DNA of 64,000 bases from an uncultured Verrucomicrobiae bacterium (GTDB lineage: Bacteria; Verrucomicrobiota; Verrucomicrobiia; Limisphaerales; Palsa-1400), in assembly GCA_963707025.1 (NCBI GenBank), contig CAVPOM010000006.1, positions 448,001 through 512,000 of the forward strand, written 5' to 3'. The notes beneath the pieces were generated by a model. It was not told the DNA's origin. It worked only from the letters and a program-made list of their open reading frames with translations, and made no database searches. Below, piece after piece: positions 1-10,560 of the stretch (position 1 is the stretch's first letter; every line of letters begins with the position of its first letter). The position numbers and the translations under genes are program-made.

Positions 1-562
1 GGCCTTCCTGGTTCACCGGGTGGTGCTGCGGGATGTTTTTAAATACACGCCGGAGGTCGGCTGGTTTATCGCCTCCATCTATTTGATCTGCGGCGCCTTG
101 CGCTTGGCGCGCTTCAATTGTCTGGCGGCGATGCCGGGCGGCAGCGGCGGCAAGGAATTTCTGGGCTTTCCCATCCCGTCGGCGGCGGGGCTGGTGGCGT
201 CGGTCACGCTTTTCCTGATGTGGGGTGAGAAAGATGAACGGGATTTTGCCACCGGTTTGTGGCGCTACGTTCTGCCGGGCCTGATGTTGTTTCTCTCCTT
301 CATGATGGTGAGCGAAGTCAAATATCCCTCCTTCAAAACCCTCGATCTGCGCGCGCGGCGCAGCTTTACCAAGATGGTGGTGACGGTGCTGTTCATCGGT
401 TGCCTGATTATTCTGCGGAATCACATTTTGCAATTTGTGCTCCCGCTCATGTTCACCGCCTATCTGCTCTACGGATTCGTCCGGCCGCGGATTTCGCGCA
501 AAGTGCGGGAGGACATCGAGGAGGAGACCGAAGACGACGACGAGCCGACGCTCACCCCTTGA
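1..562 (+). CDS. pssA: CDP-diacylglycerol--serine O-phosphatidyltransferase (5' end outside window)
   Basis: GALRLARFN, FLGFPIPSAAG and LMVSEVKYPSFK-type motifs of CDP-alcohol phosphotransferase PssA; multiple TM segments. Confidence 0.85.
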   Translation, partial: AFLVHRVVLRDVFKYTPEVGWFIASIYLICGALRLARFNCLAAMPGGSGGKEFLGFPIPSAAGLVASVTLFLMWGEKDERDFATGLWRYVLPGLMLFLSFMMVSEVKYPSFKTLDLRARRSFTKMVVTVLFIGCLIILRNHILQFVLPLMFTAYLLYGFVRPRISRKVREDIEEETEDDDEPTLTP

Positions 563-563
563 C

Positions 564-1235
564 ATGTTGTTCAATCTTCCTCCCTCGCTCGTCGCGGCCT
601 TGACCGGTTTTCTCAGCGGATTTCTTCTCTCCGTGCCGGTGGGGCCGGTCAACCTGACCATCATGAACGAAGGGGCGCGGCGCGGCCTGCTCTGGGCTAT
701 GTTGATCGGTTTGGGCGCCGTCGTCATGGAGGTGATTTACTGCGCCCTGGCCTTCACCGGATTCGCCGCCTTCTTCACCGGGCCGATCATGAAGGCGGGG
801 ATGGAGCTGGTCAGCTTTGTCTTCATGCTCTATCTGGGCGTCCGCTTTTTGAGCGTGCGCAAGGTCGAAATGCCCGGCGAGGTGGAAGAGCGGATCGAAG
901 GCAAATTAAATCCCCGCTCGGCCTTCGCCATCGGTTTTGTGCGCGTGATGGCCAACCTGGGCGTGTTCGCTTTTTGGATTGTCCTGGCGGCCAATTTTAT
1001 CTCCCACGGGTGGGTGCAGCCGACCTGGCCCGGCAAGCTCTTCTGTGTCGCCGGCGTGGCGGCCGGCACCGGCCTTTGGTTCAGCGGACTGAGTTATGCC
1101 GCCTCGCGCGGCCACAAGAAATTCACGGAAAAAACGTTGCTGCGCATGGAACACTTTTCCGGGCTTTGCATGCTGATCCTGGCCACGGTCCACGGCGGCT
1201 ACATGGCCTGGCAAATGGCAAAACATAAAATCTAA
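564..1235 (+). CDS. LysE family translocator
   Basis: SVPVGPVNLTIMNEGARRG N-terminal LysE motif, about 6 TM helices; ATG at 564 just after the pssA stop. Confidence 0.85.
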   Translation: MLFNLPPSLVAALTGFLSGFLLSVPVGPVNLTIMNEGARRGLLWAMLIGLGAVVMEVIYCALAFTGFAAFFTGPIMKAGMELVSFVFMLYLGVRFLSVRKVEMPGEVEERIEGKLNPRSAFAIGFVRVMANLGVFAFWIVLAANFISHGWVQPTWPGKLFCVAGVAAGTGLWFSGLSYAASRGHKKFTEKTLLRMEHFSGLCMLILATVHGGYMAWQMAKHKI

Positions 1236-1253
1236 ACCGGCGGTTTAAACCCC

Positions 1254-1934
1254 ATGAATGTCACCTATTACGGTCACGCCTGTTTCGCGGTTGAGCTGGA
1301 GGGCCGCACCCTCCTTTTCGATCCCTTCATCTCGGCCAATCCGCTGGCCGCCGCCATTGACCTCAAATCGGTGCCGGCCGATTTTATCCTGGTTTCCCAC
1401 GGCCACCAAGACCATCTGGCCAACGCCGTCGCCGTGGCCCAACGGACCGGCGGAACCGTCATTGCCAATTATGAGGTGGCGACGTGGCTGGGCAAAAATG
1501 GCGCGGGCAAAATCCATCCGCTCAACCACGGCGGCGCCTGCAGTTTTGATTTCGGACGCGTCAAGTTCGTCAACGCCATTCACTCCAGCAGTTTGCCGGA
1601 CGGCTCCTACGGAGGCAATCCGGGCGGATTTGTGGTGGAGAGCGCCCAGGGAAATTTCTATTACTCCGGAGACACGGCGCTGACCCTGGACATGAAATTA
1701 ATCGGCGAGTCCACCCGCCTGGCCTTTGCCGTCTTGTGCGTGGGCGGCAATTTCACCATGGACGCGGAGGACGCCGTCAAAGCCGCCCAGTTGCTCAACT
1801 GCGACCAGATTGTGGGGGTGCATTACGACACCTTCCCGCCCATCAAAATTGATCACGAGGCGGCGCGCAAAAAATTTCAGGCCGCCGGCAAAAAGCTGCA
1901 TCTTTTGAAGATCGGCGCCAGCCGCAAGTTTTAA
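1254..1934 (+). CDS. Metal-dependent hydrolase, metallo-beta-lactamase fold (UPF0173-like)
   Basis: YYGHACF, SHGHQDH, AIHSS, SGDT and HYDTFP motifs. Confidence 0.9.
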   Translation: MNVTYYGHACFAVELEGRTLLFDPFISANPLAAAIDLKSVPADFILVSHGHQDHLANAVAVAQRTGGTVIANYEVATWLGKNGAGKIHPLNHGGACSFDFGRVKFVNAIHSSSLPDGSYGGNPGGFVVESAQGNFYYSGDTALTLDMKLIGESTRLAFAVLCVGGNFTMDAEDAVKAAQLLNCDQIVGVHYDTFPPIKIDHEAARKKFQAAGKKLHLLKIGASRKF

Positions 1935-1938
1935 GGAT

Positions 1939-2454
1939 GTGGAAGCCAAACAGCCCAAATCACTCTGGTGGTTTGAGCCGCGATGGTCTTACTGGCCGCG
2001 GCTGATAAAGGAAGTATCCACGATACTTCAGCTCAAAACGTGGCTGCGAATTGTCGCCATCGTCATCTTGTTGACTGTCCTCCTCGCCTCCGCGGTGAAG
2101 CGGGCGCTGCCTGATTTTCAATTCGACTGGGCAGGCCGTCTCGCAATGAGTATCGGGGGTCTTGTTCTCGGGCTGGCTGGTTGTCTTGGCGCCTATTGGC
2201 TGATACCTCCGATCATTCGGGTCCACGCCAAAGGGATCTCGCGACAGCAAGGCCAGGGCGCTTCTTGGCGCCTCCGTGCTGATATTCGACGCCTCACCAT
2301 TGACACCACCGACCCGGGGCGGCCCCGCCTTAGCATAGAAGCAACGGGCAAGAAACCCTTTGAGTGCGGCATCGCCACGAAAGTGAGCGTTGCGGCGCTG
2401 GCGGCATTTCTGCGCGCGACCTTCCCGGAATTGGCGGTGGAGGAGAAGAAATGA
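1939..2454 (+). CDS. Hypothetical membrane protein
   Basis: 171-aa ORF with two TM segments and a soluble C-terminal part; starts 5 nt after the upstream stop. Confidence 0.6.
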   Translation: MEAKQPKSLWWFEPRWSYWPRLIKEVSTILQLKTWLRIVAIVILLTVLLASAVKRALPDFQFDWAGRLAMSIGGLVLGLAGCLGAYWLIPPIIRVHAKGISRQQGQGASWRLRADIRRLTIDTTDPGRPRLSIEATGKKPFECGIATKVSVAALAAFLRATFPELAVEEKK

Positions 2455-2695
2455 AGCCAGCTTTTTTCAAGAACATTCGGGCCAGCCGGAATGCGCCTCA
2501 CCACCCCGGCCCCAACCTGGCCTCGACAGCGCTTGTCACCCGTTCGTAACCTTTTGTGGTTAAGGTTTTTGCCTGAAATTCCGATGATAATGGATAAATG
2601 GACAACCTTGCGCCGCAGAGTATGCTGCTTTGCCAGCCGGCACGACCGACCTCACCTTCAGGCCGTGCCATGCCTAAGCCGGGTCCATCCTTCCC

Positions 2696-4927
2696 GTGAA
2701 CGCGCTGGCCAATCATGGAGTGGACTTCTACGTGGCCCATGAATCTCTCAAGGCCACCATTCTCACGTCGCTGCTGACGGTGTGGGTGTTGATTGGCGTC
2801 TTTGTATATCTCAACCGCTATACCAAACGGCGCTACTTCACCGTTTGGACGGCGGCCTGGATGTTTTACGTCCTGTGGCTGACCTTGAACCTGGGCGATG
2901 TGACGGGGGAAAACGCGCCCCTCATTATCATGGCCGAGCAATGGTGTGTGGCCACCACGGCCGTCTTCCTGATGTGGGGCAGCTTTCGTTTTTTGGGGTT
3001 GCGGGTGCGGGAGACCGCCTTCGGCTTGTTCATGGCCTTCTTGTTTTTGTGGAGTTATCTGGGGGTCTATCAATTGGGGCGGCCCTTCCCGGCCGTGGTC
3101 GCTTTGTTCGCGCTGATCGGCCTGGCGGGGATGGTCACCGCCGTGGCCTTCGCGCGCCATCGTTGCCTGCGGGGCTACATCGGCGCCAGCATGCTCTCGC
3201 TGGGATTTTTCCTGTGGGGCCTTTATTTTATCGGCTACCCCTTTGTCGCGCGCGTCCCTGATTTGCTGGCCACAGGCTTTTTCCTCTCGGCGGTGCTGCA
3301 GTTGTTCATCGCCGTCGCCATGATCATCCTGGTGCTGGAGGAAGTGCGCACGACCAACCACGCCGCGCTGCAGAATCTGCGCTCCGAGAAAATCAGGACG
3401 GGCCAATGGCGCAGCGCGGCCGCTTCCGCCGAGCAACAATACCGCTGCCTCTTTAACAAGGCGGACGAAGCCATCATTATCACCGCCGCCGGCGATCTGC
3501 GCATTCTTGACTTGAACCAAACCGCCGTCCATCTGCTCGGCCTGAGCCAGGAGGAGGCGCGGGAGCAGTTTCTGCCTTCCTTCTGCCCGGCCTCCGGGCG
3601 CCCCGCCCCGGTCCCGGGCGACAGCGTGGCCTGGGTCAACCGTTTATGCGCCCAGCGCACCCTGCGGGTGTTGAAGAAAGACGGCGGCGCCACCCTCTCC
3701 CAGGTCGAAAGCTCCCGGCTGGATTACAAGGGACAGGACGCCTTCCAATTCTTCTTCCGCGAAGTCACCGACCGCGGCCGCCTGGAACAGCAGTTGCGCC
3801 AGGCCGAAAAACTTTCCAGCCTGGGCCAGATGATCTCCGGCGTCGCCCACGAATTGAACAACCCCCTTGCCGTCATCAAAGGCTATCTGGATTTGGTCAT
3901 GGCCCACCACGACATCAACCCCCGGACCCGCGCCGACCTGGAGAAAGTCGTCCAGGAATGCGACCGCGCCGGCAAACTGGTGCGCCATTTCCTCTCCTTT
4001 GCCCACGAGCAGCGGCCCCGGCGGGAAATGGTTCATGTCAATACTTTGATTGAGCGCGTGGCCGATCTGCGCCGCGCCGACCTCACCGCCGCCGGGATTG
4101 AGTTGTTCCTGGATTTGGCCGCCGATCTGCCTGCCACCTCGGCGGATCCCGACCAGATCCAGCAGTTGATGATCAACCTCCTCAATAATGCCATTCAAGC
4201 CATGGCCGCCTCCCCTCCGCCGCGCACCCTGAGAATCACCACCCGGATGAAGACCCCCGCCGCCCTGCTCATTTCGATGGAAGACAGCGGTCCGGGCGTG
4301 CCGCCGGACCTGCAAACCCGCATCTTCGAGCCGTTCTTCACCACCAAACCCGACGGCGCCGGCACCGGCCTGGGACTTTCCATTGCGCACAGCATCATGC
4401 TGGAACACCGCGGGCGCATTAGTTGCGATCGCTCCACCTTGGGCGGGGCGGCCTTCCACCTCGAATTCCCCATCGTCAGTCTGGCGGCGGCCGCGCCTAT
4501 CCGGCAGATCACGCCGCTGCCCGCGCCCCCCTCGCCCCGGTTTTCCGCGCGCGTGCTCGTGCTCGACGATGAACAATTCATCGCCGAACTGCTCTCCGAA
4601 ATGCTCGGCGTGCTGGGGCACCGGCCCGTCGTTTGCCTCTCCCCCGTCGGCGCCTTGGACCTCCTGCAATCCTCCCCATTCGATCTGGTCATCTCCGACT
4701 TCCGCATGCCCGTGATGAACGGCGAACAATTCTACCATGCCTTGGCCAAAATAAATCAGGACCTGGCCCGGCGCGTCATCTTTCTCACCGGCGACGTGGT
4801 CAACGAAGAAACCCAGCAGTTCCTGACCTCCACCGGCAATCCGCATTTGGACAAGCCCTTCCAACTGACCCGTCTGGAGGCCGTCATCGCCGAAGTCCTC
4901 TCCGCCCCGACAACTGTGGCAGTCTGA
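2696..4927 (+). CDS. Hybrid sensor histidine kinase/response regulator (7TM, PAS, HisKA, HATPase, REC)
   Basis: GVAHELNNPL H-box, NLLNNAIQA N-box, DSGPG and GTGLGL G-boxes, C-terminal VLVLDDE...SDFRMP receiver. Confidence 0.93.
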   Translation: MNALANHGVDFYVAHESLKATILTSLLTVWVLIGVFVYLNRYTKRRYFTVWTAAWMFYVLWLTLNLGDVTGENAPLIIMAEQWCVATTAVFLMWGSFRFLGLRVRETAFGLFMAFLFLWSYLGVYQLGRPFPAVVALFALIGLAGMVTAVAFARHRCLRGYIGASMLSLGFFLWGLYFIGYPFVARVPDLLATGFFLSAVLQLFIAVAMIILVLEEVRTTNHAALQNLRSEKIRTGQWRSAAASAEQQYRCLFNKADEAIIITAAGDLRILDLNQTAVHLLGLSQEEAREQFLPSFCPASGRPAPVPGDSVAWVNRLCAQRTLRVLKKDGGATLSQVESSRLDYKGQDAFQFFFREVTDRGRLEQQLRQAEKLSSLGQMISGVAHELNNPLAVIKGYLDLVMAHHDINPRTRADLEKVVQECDRAGKLVRHFLSFAHEQRPRREMVHVNTLIERVADLRRADLTAAGIELFLDLAADLPATSADPDQIQQLMINLLNNAIQAMAASPPPRTLRITTRMKTPAALLISMEDSGPGVPPDLQTRIFEPFFTTKPDGAGTGLGLSIAHSIMLEHRGRISCDRSTLGGAAFHLEFPIVSLAAAAPIRQITPLPAPPSPRFSARVLVLDDEQFIAELLSEMLGVLGHRPVVCLSPVGALDLLQSSPFDLVISDFRMPVMNGEQFYHALAKINQDLARRVIFLTGDVVNEETQQFLTSTGNPHLDKPFQLTRLEAVIAEVLSAPTTVAV

Positions 4928-4961
4928 TCCCCGCCGGCCTGTTCATCAGAATTTAAGGAAC

Positions 4962-4990
4962 TTGCGCAGTTTCGGTGACGGGATTACTTT
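4962..4990 (+). promoter_or_regulatory. Putative sigma70 promoter
   Basis: TTGCGC-17nt-TACTTT, 8 nt before ATG 4999. Confidence 0.45.
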
Positions 4991-4998
4991 TCATTGAC

Positions 4999-5234
4999 AT
5001 GAACCGGACTCAAATCGAAGCCGCTCTGGAGCGGAACATGCCGTTCACCCTGCGGATGGCGGATGGCAGGGATACCCCGTCCCGCACCGCGATTACATCA
5101 GCTTGCCGCCACGGGGTGCATTCGTCGTTGTTTTCGATGACCGGGAGCATGTTTTTGTCCTCCCACTGCTGACCATGACTGGATTGAGCTATCAATCCGA
5201 CGGGACGAGCGCCCCCGAGCCACGCGGCAGCTAA
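4999..5234 (+). pseudogene. Small hypothetical protein with a 1-nt frameshift near 5072 (pseudogene or assembly error)
   Basis: MNRTQIEAALERNMPFTLRMADGR continues in another frame as YPVPHRDYISLPPRGAFVVVFDDREHVFVLPLLTMTGL to TAA 5234. Confidence 0.65.
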
Positions 5235-5379
5235 CCAATCATGGGGGATTGTCTGGACCGCAAGGGCTAATGTCTTTTTGAGGCCGCGCGGGTTTTTTCG
5301 GCGGCGGAAAAAGTATGGAAAGTGAGGGATCCGGTCAGCCGATTTGGATGTCGAATTGTCCGCGAAAAAAACGGAGCCG

Positions 5380-6654
5380 CTAGCGGCCGCTTTTGGTTTC
5401 TGCTCCGGCCGCCTTCTGCAATTCGACGGCATAGACTTGGTTGGCGCCGGAGAGGTTGGAACGGAAGACCAGCCATTTCATGTCGGGCGTGAAGATGGCG
5501 TTGGGTTCGAGGGTGTAGTTGTGCCGGGCCATGTTGACCAGACGCTCGGAATGGAACACGCCGGGGCTGATGAAGCCGGTTTGGTTCAGGTTGGTTCCAG
5601 TGTTGTCCGGCAGGAGTTCGGGATGAAAGAGATATAACCACTGGCCATGGGCGGCGTGGGCCACCATGCCGGGACTGCCACCGTCCCCGCTGAACAGCTT
5701 GCCGTCGGGGGAGACGTTGAAATGGACGGACCATTCGTCGCGCTGGAGATGATACCAGGTCCGCTGGCCGGAGGTGACGTTGTAGCCCGCCACCCAGAAA
5801 TCCTCCCCGCGCGGCGTCTGGAGATCGTACCAGATCGTCCGGCCGTCGGCGCTCCAGAATTCATGGCCGGCGATTTCCATGGCCATGCTGCGGGTGTGGA
5901 CCTTGGTCAGTTGCGTGCCGTCGCTGCGGATGGTCCAGATGCGGTCCACTTTGTGCCAGGGACCTTCGTGGCAGAACAGCAGCAGGCCGGGATCGGTCGG
6001 GGAAAATTGCAGGTGGTTGAGCCAGTCGTTGCAGCGGTTGCACTTTGTTACTTCGCTCGTCTGGAGGTTGAGGAAAAAAAGCTCCATCGTCAGGTGCTGG
6101 TTGAAACGGTCTTCGATGTTTCTGGCCTTGGACCCGGTGCGGGCGTTGGTTTGCTCAATGGGAGCGGGCGGAGCCTGGCCGGGCTCAGTGATGGTGCCGG
6201 CCAGCATGGTTTCGTCGGCGTTGACGCTGATGACGGCGCCGTTGGGCGGGACTTTGGCGATTTCCAGCGGGTTCCTCGTTTCGGGGTCCACGGCAAAAAC
6301 CGATTGGTCGCGCGTGTAAAAAATCCGGCCGGTTTTGCGGCCCGTCATGAGGAGGCGGACGCGGCCGGAAACGATCTGCTCGATGGCGCGGGTCTGCAGG
6401 TTGACCGCGGAAATCCCGCTGGGTGTGGTGATGATGAGTTTGCGGCCATCGGGCGTGAAGGGGTTAAGGTTGAAATACAGGCTCTCGCTGCCCGGTTCCC
6501 GGGAGAGGCGGATGACACGGTGGCCGGTGTCCGCATCAATCCATTCGGCCGGCGCTTCGTTGGTGTCCGCCCCGGCCCGGCCGTGAGCGGCCGGAAGAAA
6601 CAGGCACGACAGCAGAATGGCTTTGGCTGTGGTGCGACAAAATCTGGTCTTCAT
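5380..6654 (-). CDS. Oligogalacturonate lyase family secreted beta-propeller protein
   Basis: Signal peptide; DADTGHRVIRLS, LYFNLNPFTPDG, WLNHLQFSPTD, FCHEGPWHKVDRIW motifs. Confidence 0.85.
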   Translation of the reverse strand: MKTRFCRTTAKAILLSCLFLPAAHGRAGADTNEAPAEWIDADTGHRVIRLSREPGSESLYFNLNPFTPDGRKLIITTPSGISAVNLQTRAIEQIVSGRVRLLMTGRKTGRIFYTRDQSVFAVDPETRNPLEIAKVPPNGAVISVNADETMLAGTITEPGQAPPAPIEQTNARTGSKARNIEDRFNQHLTMELFFLNLQTSEVTKCNRCNDWLNHLQFSPTDPGLLLFCHEGPWHKVDRIWTIRSDGTQLTKVHTRSMAMEIAGHEFWSADGRTIWYDLQTPRGEDFWVAGYNVTSGQRTWYHLQRDEWSVHFNVSPDGKLFSGDGGSPGMVAHAAHGQWLYLFHPELLPDNTGTNLNQTGFISPGVFHSERLVNMARHNYTLEPNAIFTPDMKWLVFRSNLSGANQVYAVELQKAAGAETKSGR

Positions 6655-6753
6655 GGATGAGCGGCATATTCCCGCAATGCCGGGGTGGTTTCAAATCAAT
6701 TGTCCGGAGATTTCGCCGGATTTCGCCCGACGGCAAATGGATAACCCTGGAAA

Positions 6754-6874
6754 GAGACCTCTGCAAAACGCGCGTCCACGATTGTAACGGCGGTTTATGA
6801 CCGCCGCAAACCAGGGGAAATAACGGCATGGCGACGGTCATAGACCGCCGCTACAGGCGTTTTGCAGAAGTCCC
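6754..6874. mobile_element. 121-bp MITE-like element, copy 1
   Basis: 18-bp terminal inverted repeats GAGACCTCTGCAAAACGC / GCGTTTTGCAGAAGTCCC; near-identical copy at 11938-12058; flanks TGGAAA / TGGGAA. Confidence 0.8.
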
Positions 6875-6903
6875 TGGGAATGAAGGGATGGGCCAGATGC
6901 TGC

Positions 6904-6932
6904 TTGACCGGCCTGGCCAACTTGACTAAGTT
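6904..6932 (+). promoter_or_regulatory. Putative sigma70 promoter/operator of the phd-vapC pair
   Basis: TTGACC-17nt-TAAGTT with an imperfect palindrome AACTT-GACT-AAGTT over the -10. Confidence 0.55.
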
Positions 6933-6940
6933 AGTTCATT

Positions 6941-7180
6941 ATGATGACGGTCAATACGCACGAAGCCAAGACCCAGCTTTCAGCCCTGCTGGCGCTGGTG
7001 GAGCAAAAAGGGGAGAAAATCCTGATCTGCCGGCATGGACGCCCGGTGGCGGAACTTTCCAGGGCCAAAGCCAGGAAGCGCCGCAACCGGCTTGCGGTGG
7101 ACCCTTCCTTGCGGGTGCAACTGCGCTATGACCCGGTCGAACCGCTGTCGGAGGAAGAGTTTCCCGCGCAATTCCGGTGA
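6941..7180 (+). CDS. Phd/YefM family antitoxin
   Basis: VNTHEAKTQLSALL...GEKILICRHGRPVAEL; overlaps the toxin start (GTGA). Confidence 0.9.
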   Translation: MMTVNTHEAKTQLSALLALVEQKGEKILICRHGRPVAELSRAKARKRRNRLAVDPSLRVQLRYDPVEPLSEEEFPAQFR

Positions 7181-7566
7181 AATACATATTGGACACATGC
7201 GCTCTGATTTGGCTCGTCAATGGCGACCGCCAGCTCAGTCCGGAGGCCACCCGCATCTGCGGCCTGCCGGAGAGCCAGTTGTACGTTTCGGCGGTCAGCG
7301 CCTGGGAGATCGCGCTCAAGGCGGCGCGCCGCAAACTTTCCCTTCGCACTTCGCCGGAAGCCTGGTGGCGGCGCGCTTTGGACCAGCACGAATTGGAGGA
7401 ACTGCCCATGACCTCCCGCATTGCAATCGCCGCGGCAGCTCTTGAGGCGATTCACAACGACCCATTTGATCGCGTGCTCATCGCGACCGCGGCCGAACAT
7501 GGTTTGAGGATTCTCAGCCCGGATCGCCTGATTTCCCGGTATCGAAATGTGGGCGTGGTCTGGTAA
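7177..7566 (+). CDS. vapC: PIN-domain (VapC) toxin
   Basis: [28 protein letters not shown]. Confidence 0.92.
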   Translation: MKYILDTCALIWLVNGDRQLSPEATRICGLPESQLYVSAVSAWEIALKAARRKLSLRTSPEAWWRRALDQHELEELPMTSRIAIAAAALEAIHNDPFDRVLIATAAEHGLRILSPDRLISRYRNVGVVW

Positions 7567-7577
7567 CATCCCCGCGC

Positions 7578-9110
7578 ATGGCTCAGATCGTTCTCACCAC
7601 TCTCAACGCCCGCTACATTCACGCGGCCTTTGGATTGCGCTATTTGCTGGCCAATCTCGGTCCGCTGCGCGCCCAAGCCTCCCTCTTGGAGTTTGACCTT
7701 CAGCAGCGCCCGCTGGAGATCGTGGAAACTATTCTCGCCCAGGATCCTCAGATTGTCGGACTCGGCGTTTATATCTGGAATGTCACGCAAGCAACCGAAG
7801 TGGTGGCGGCGCTGAAACGGGTGCGCCCGGACCTGACCGTGGTGCTGGGCGGGCCGGAGGTCAGCTACGAAATGGCGGAACTGGAAATTGTCCGGCTGGC
7901 GGATTACGTCATCACCGGGGAGGCGGATTTGAAATTTGCGGAGGTTTGCGCGGAACTTCTGCAGGGCACGCGTCCGCCCGCAAAGATAATCGCGGCGGAC
8001 ATCCCCGATCTGGCGCGCCTGCAACTGCCTTACGATTTCTACAATGACGATGATGTGGCCCACCGCGTCATCTATATCGAAGCCTCGCGCGGCTGTCCCT
8101 TTACCTGCGAATTTTGCCTCTCCTCCCTGGACGTGCCGGTGCGCCAGTTTCCGCTGGCCCCCCTTCTGGCCGCGGCGGACCGGCTCCTTGAGCGCGGGGT
8201 GCGGCAGTTTAAATTTGTTGACAGAACCTTCAACTTGAACATCGCCGCCAGCCGGCGCGTTCTGGAATTCTTCCTCCAGCGGCAGCGCCCGGGTTTGTTT
8301 GTGCATTTTGAGATGATCCCGGACCGCCTGCCCGAGGCCTTGCGGGAGGTGATCGCGCAATTTCCGGCCGGCGCCCTCCAGTTTGAAGTGGGCATCCAGA
8401 CCTTCGATGAAACGGTTTCCAAAAACATCAGCCGGCGGCAGGATTACGGCCGGCTGGCCGATAATTTGCGGTTTTTGCGCCGGGAGACCGGCGTCCATGT
8501 TCACGCCGATTTGATCGCGGGGCTGCCGGGCGAGACGCTGGAAAGTTTTGCGGCGGGCTTTGACCGGCTGGTGGCGATGGGGCCGCAGGAAATCCAGGTG
8601 GGCATTTTGAAGCGGCTGCGCGGAACGCCCATTGGGCGGCACGATCAGGCCTGGGAAATGGTTTACAGCGCCCATCCGCCTTATGAGATCTTGCGCAACA
8701 AGCTGCTGGATTTCGCGACCCTACAGCGGCTGCGGCGCTTCGCCCGCTACTGGGATTTGACGGCGAACAGCGGCAATTTTGTGGAAACAACCCCGTTGAT
8801 CTGGAGCCGCGGGTTGCCGCCTTTCGCGGCGTTTCTCGATTTCAGCGCGTGGATTTACGGGCGGGTCGGCCGCCAGCACAGCATCGCCCTGGCCAGTTTG
8901 GCCGAACTGCTTTTCCGCTACTTGACCAGCCGGGCCGGGGTCGCGGCGGAGACGGCGGCGCAAACGCTCTGGCGGGACTGGCAGCGGGCGGGCCGCCACG
9001 AAAAGCCCGCCTTCCTGGCGGAGCACATTGCGGATGACGGGGTGAGGCTGACGCCACGGCCGGCGCTGGCCCCCAAACGGCAGGCGCGGCGTTTAAGCGC
9101 GCGGGAGTGA
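7578..9110 (+). CDS. B12-binding radical SAM protein (DUF4080-type C-terminus)
   Basis: N-terminal cobalamin-binding domain (GVYIWN, LGGPEVS) and [11 protein letters not shown]xxxCxxC motif. Confidence 0.9.
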   Translation: MAQIVLTTLNARYIHAAFGLRYLLANLGPLRAQASLLEFDLQQRPLEIVETILAQDPQIVGLGVYIWNVTQATEVVAALKRVRPDLTVVLGGPEVSYEMAELEIVRLADYVITGEADLKFAEVCAELLQGTRPPAKIIAADIPDLARLQLPYDFYNDDDVAHRVIYIEASRGCPFTCEFCLSSLDVPVRQFPLAPLLAAADRLLERGVRQFKFVDRTFNLNIAASRRVLEFFLQRQRPGLFVHFEMIPDRLPEALREVIAQFPAGALQFEVGIQTFDETVSKNISRRQDYGRLADNLRFLRRETGVHVHADLIAGLPGETLESFAAGFDRLVAMGPQEIQVGILKRLRGTPIGRHDQAWEMVYSAHPPYEILRNKLLDFATLQRLRRFARYWDLTANSGNFVETTPLIWSRGLPPFAAFLDFSAWIYGRVGRQHSIALASLAELLFRYLTSRAGVAAETAAQTLWRDWQRAGRHEKPAFLAEHIADDGVRLTPRPALAPKRQARRLSARE

Positions 9111-9132
9111 GCGCTTTTTTGCGGAAAACGGC

Positions 9133-9819
9133 ATGAGCTTTCAATTTCGAAATCGCGCGCAAGCCGGGCGCCTCCTGGCCGCGAAGTTGGAAAGTTACGC
9201 CGGGCGGGACGGCCTGCTGGTCCTGGGGCTGCCGCGCGGCGGTGTGCCGGTGGCCTTCGAGGTGGCCGCGAAATTGAAGGCCCCGTTGGGTGTTTTCGTG
9301 GCCCGCAAACTGGGTGTGCCCGGCCATGAGGAACTGGCCCTGGGGGCGGTGGCCAGCGGCGGGGTTTGTTTCCTCAACGATTCCCTGGTCCAGTCGTGTC
9401 ACATTCCCCGGCGGATTTTGGATGAACTCATTGAGCGGGAACGCCGCGAGTTGGAAAGAAGGGAACAAGCCTATCGCCCAGGCGGGCCGCCCGCCTTGCG
9501 GGGCCGCACCATCATCCTGGTGGACGACGGCCTGGCCACGGGGGCCTCGATGCGCGCCGCCGTGCGGGCCGCCCGCCCACAGCAGCCGGCCCAAATCGTG
9601 GCCGCCGTGCCGGTGGCGGCGCGCGACATCCTGGAGCAATTGCGCCAGGAAGTGGACGCGGCCGAGTGTGTTCAGGCGCCGGAAGATTTCTCCTCCGTCG
9701 GCGAATGGTATGAGGATTTCAAGCAGACCACAGACGAAGAAGTGCGCGAGTTGCTGGAGAAGGCGGCTCGCAGATTTTCCAATCGCCTTTCAAAGAAATC
9801 CGGGAGCGATAAAAATTGA
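9133..9819 (+). CDS. Phosphoribosyltransferase-like protein
   Basis: LGLPRGGVPVA and ILVDDGLATG PRPP-binding motif. Confidence 0.9.
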   Translation: MSFQFRNRAQAGRLLAAKLESYAGRDGLLVLGLPRGGVPVAFEVAAKLKAPLGVFVARKLGVPGHEELALGAVASGGVCFLNDSLVQSCHIPRRILDELIERERRELERREQAYRPGGPPALRGRTIILVDDGLATGASMRAAVRAARPQQPAQIVAAVPVAARDILEQLRQEVDAAECVQAPEDFSSVGEWYEDFKQTTDEEVRELLEKAARRFSNRLSKKSGSDKN

Positions 9820-9836
9820 GGGCCGCCTTTCTCCGT

Positions 9837-10220
9837 TCAAAGCAAGGAGACCGGATATTGTCTAACGAGGGCGTCGGACGACGCGAGCGTCAACCCATGA
9901 GCTTGTGCCTGACAGACCAACATGCGGTCGAAGGGATCGCGATGCAGCCCCGGCAATCCGCTCAACCGCGCCACGGCAGCTTCATCCAACGCCAGTGGCG
10001 CGATAAGATGCTTTGCACGTTGCAGCGGGATAAACTGCGCGGGTGGCTGCGGCAACGGAAGTTTGCCGAGGCTGTGTTTCAGGGAAATCTCCCAGAACGA
10101 AACCGCGCTCAAGAAAACCTCGTTCCGCGGGTCGCGCACCGCGGAGGCGACTCGCCCAGGTAATTTGGCATCGCCGGCCACGAGCCAAAGAAACTCGCAG
10201 GTATCCAGCAGAATCCTCAT
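9837..10220 (-). CDS. vapC: PIN-domain (VapC) toxin
   Basis: LLDTCEFLW, SAVSFWEI, HRDPFDRMLV. Confidence 0.92.
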   Translation of the reverse strand: MRILLDTCEFLWLVAGDAKLPGRVASAVRDPRNEVFLSAVSFWEISLKHSLGKLPLPQPPAQFIPLQRAKHLIAPLALDEAAVARLSGLPGLHRDPFDRMLVCQAQAHGLTLASSDALVRQYPVSLL

Positions 10221-10438
10221 TTGCCTTCAAACGTCTGTAATACGTCTTCCGACAAAGGGGCGTTGAAGTCGTCCGGAACTGTAAACTGGCCCTTGGCCAA
10301 ACCGATTGGCCGCGGCTGGGCAGATGTCGGCGGATTGAGAATGGTGAGCAGGCCGGATGCCTTTTCCGGCAGCGCCTCCGCGCCTTTCGGCAGGACCCGC
10401 CCGTGGTCAATATCCACTTCAAATGTGAGATAGCTCAT
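10217..10438 (-). CDS. Putative antitoxin of the adjacent VapC
   Basis: 73 aa, C-terminal RPIGLAKGQFTVPDDFNAPL typical of VapB-like partners; ATGA overlap with the toxin. Confidence 0.8.
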   Translation of the reverse strand: MSYLTFEVDIDHGRVLPKGAEALPEKASGLLTILNPPTSAQPRPIGLAKGQFTVPDDFNAPLSEDVLQTFEGK

Positions 10439-10444
10439 GGCAAG

Positions 10445-10473
10445 ACCTTACACTGGAACGCGAATGGGGGCAA
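10445..10473 (-). promoter_or_regulatory. Putative sigma70 promoter, leaderless
   Basis: TTGCCC-17nt-TAAGGT followed 6 nt later by ATG 10438. Confidence 0.55.
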
Positions 10474-10560
10474 GAAGTCAAGGCTCGCATTGGATTTGCA
10501 CCACCGGTCCCGTTTCTTTCAGTCCGGCCTGCCGCAGCAATAATGTCTTCCGCCGCAATA

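Noticed and set aside
2451..2549. Short ORF MKPAFFKN... overlapping the upstream stop
   Set aside because: Possibly a gene remnant, but too short to support a call
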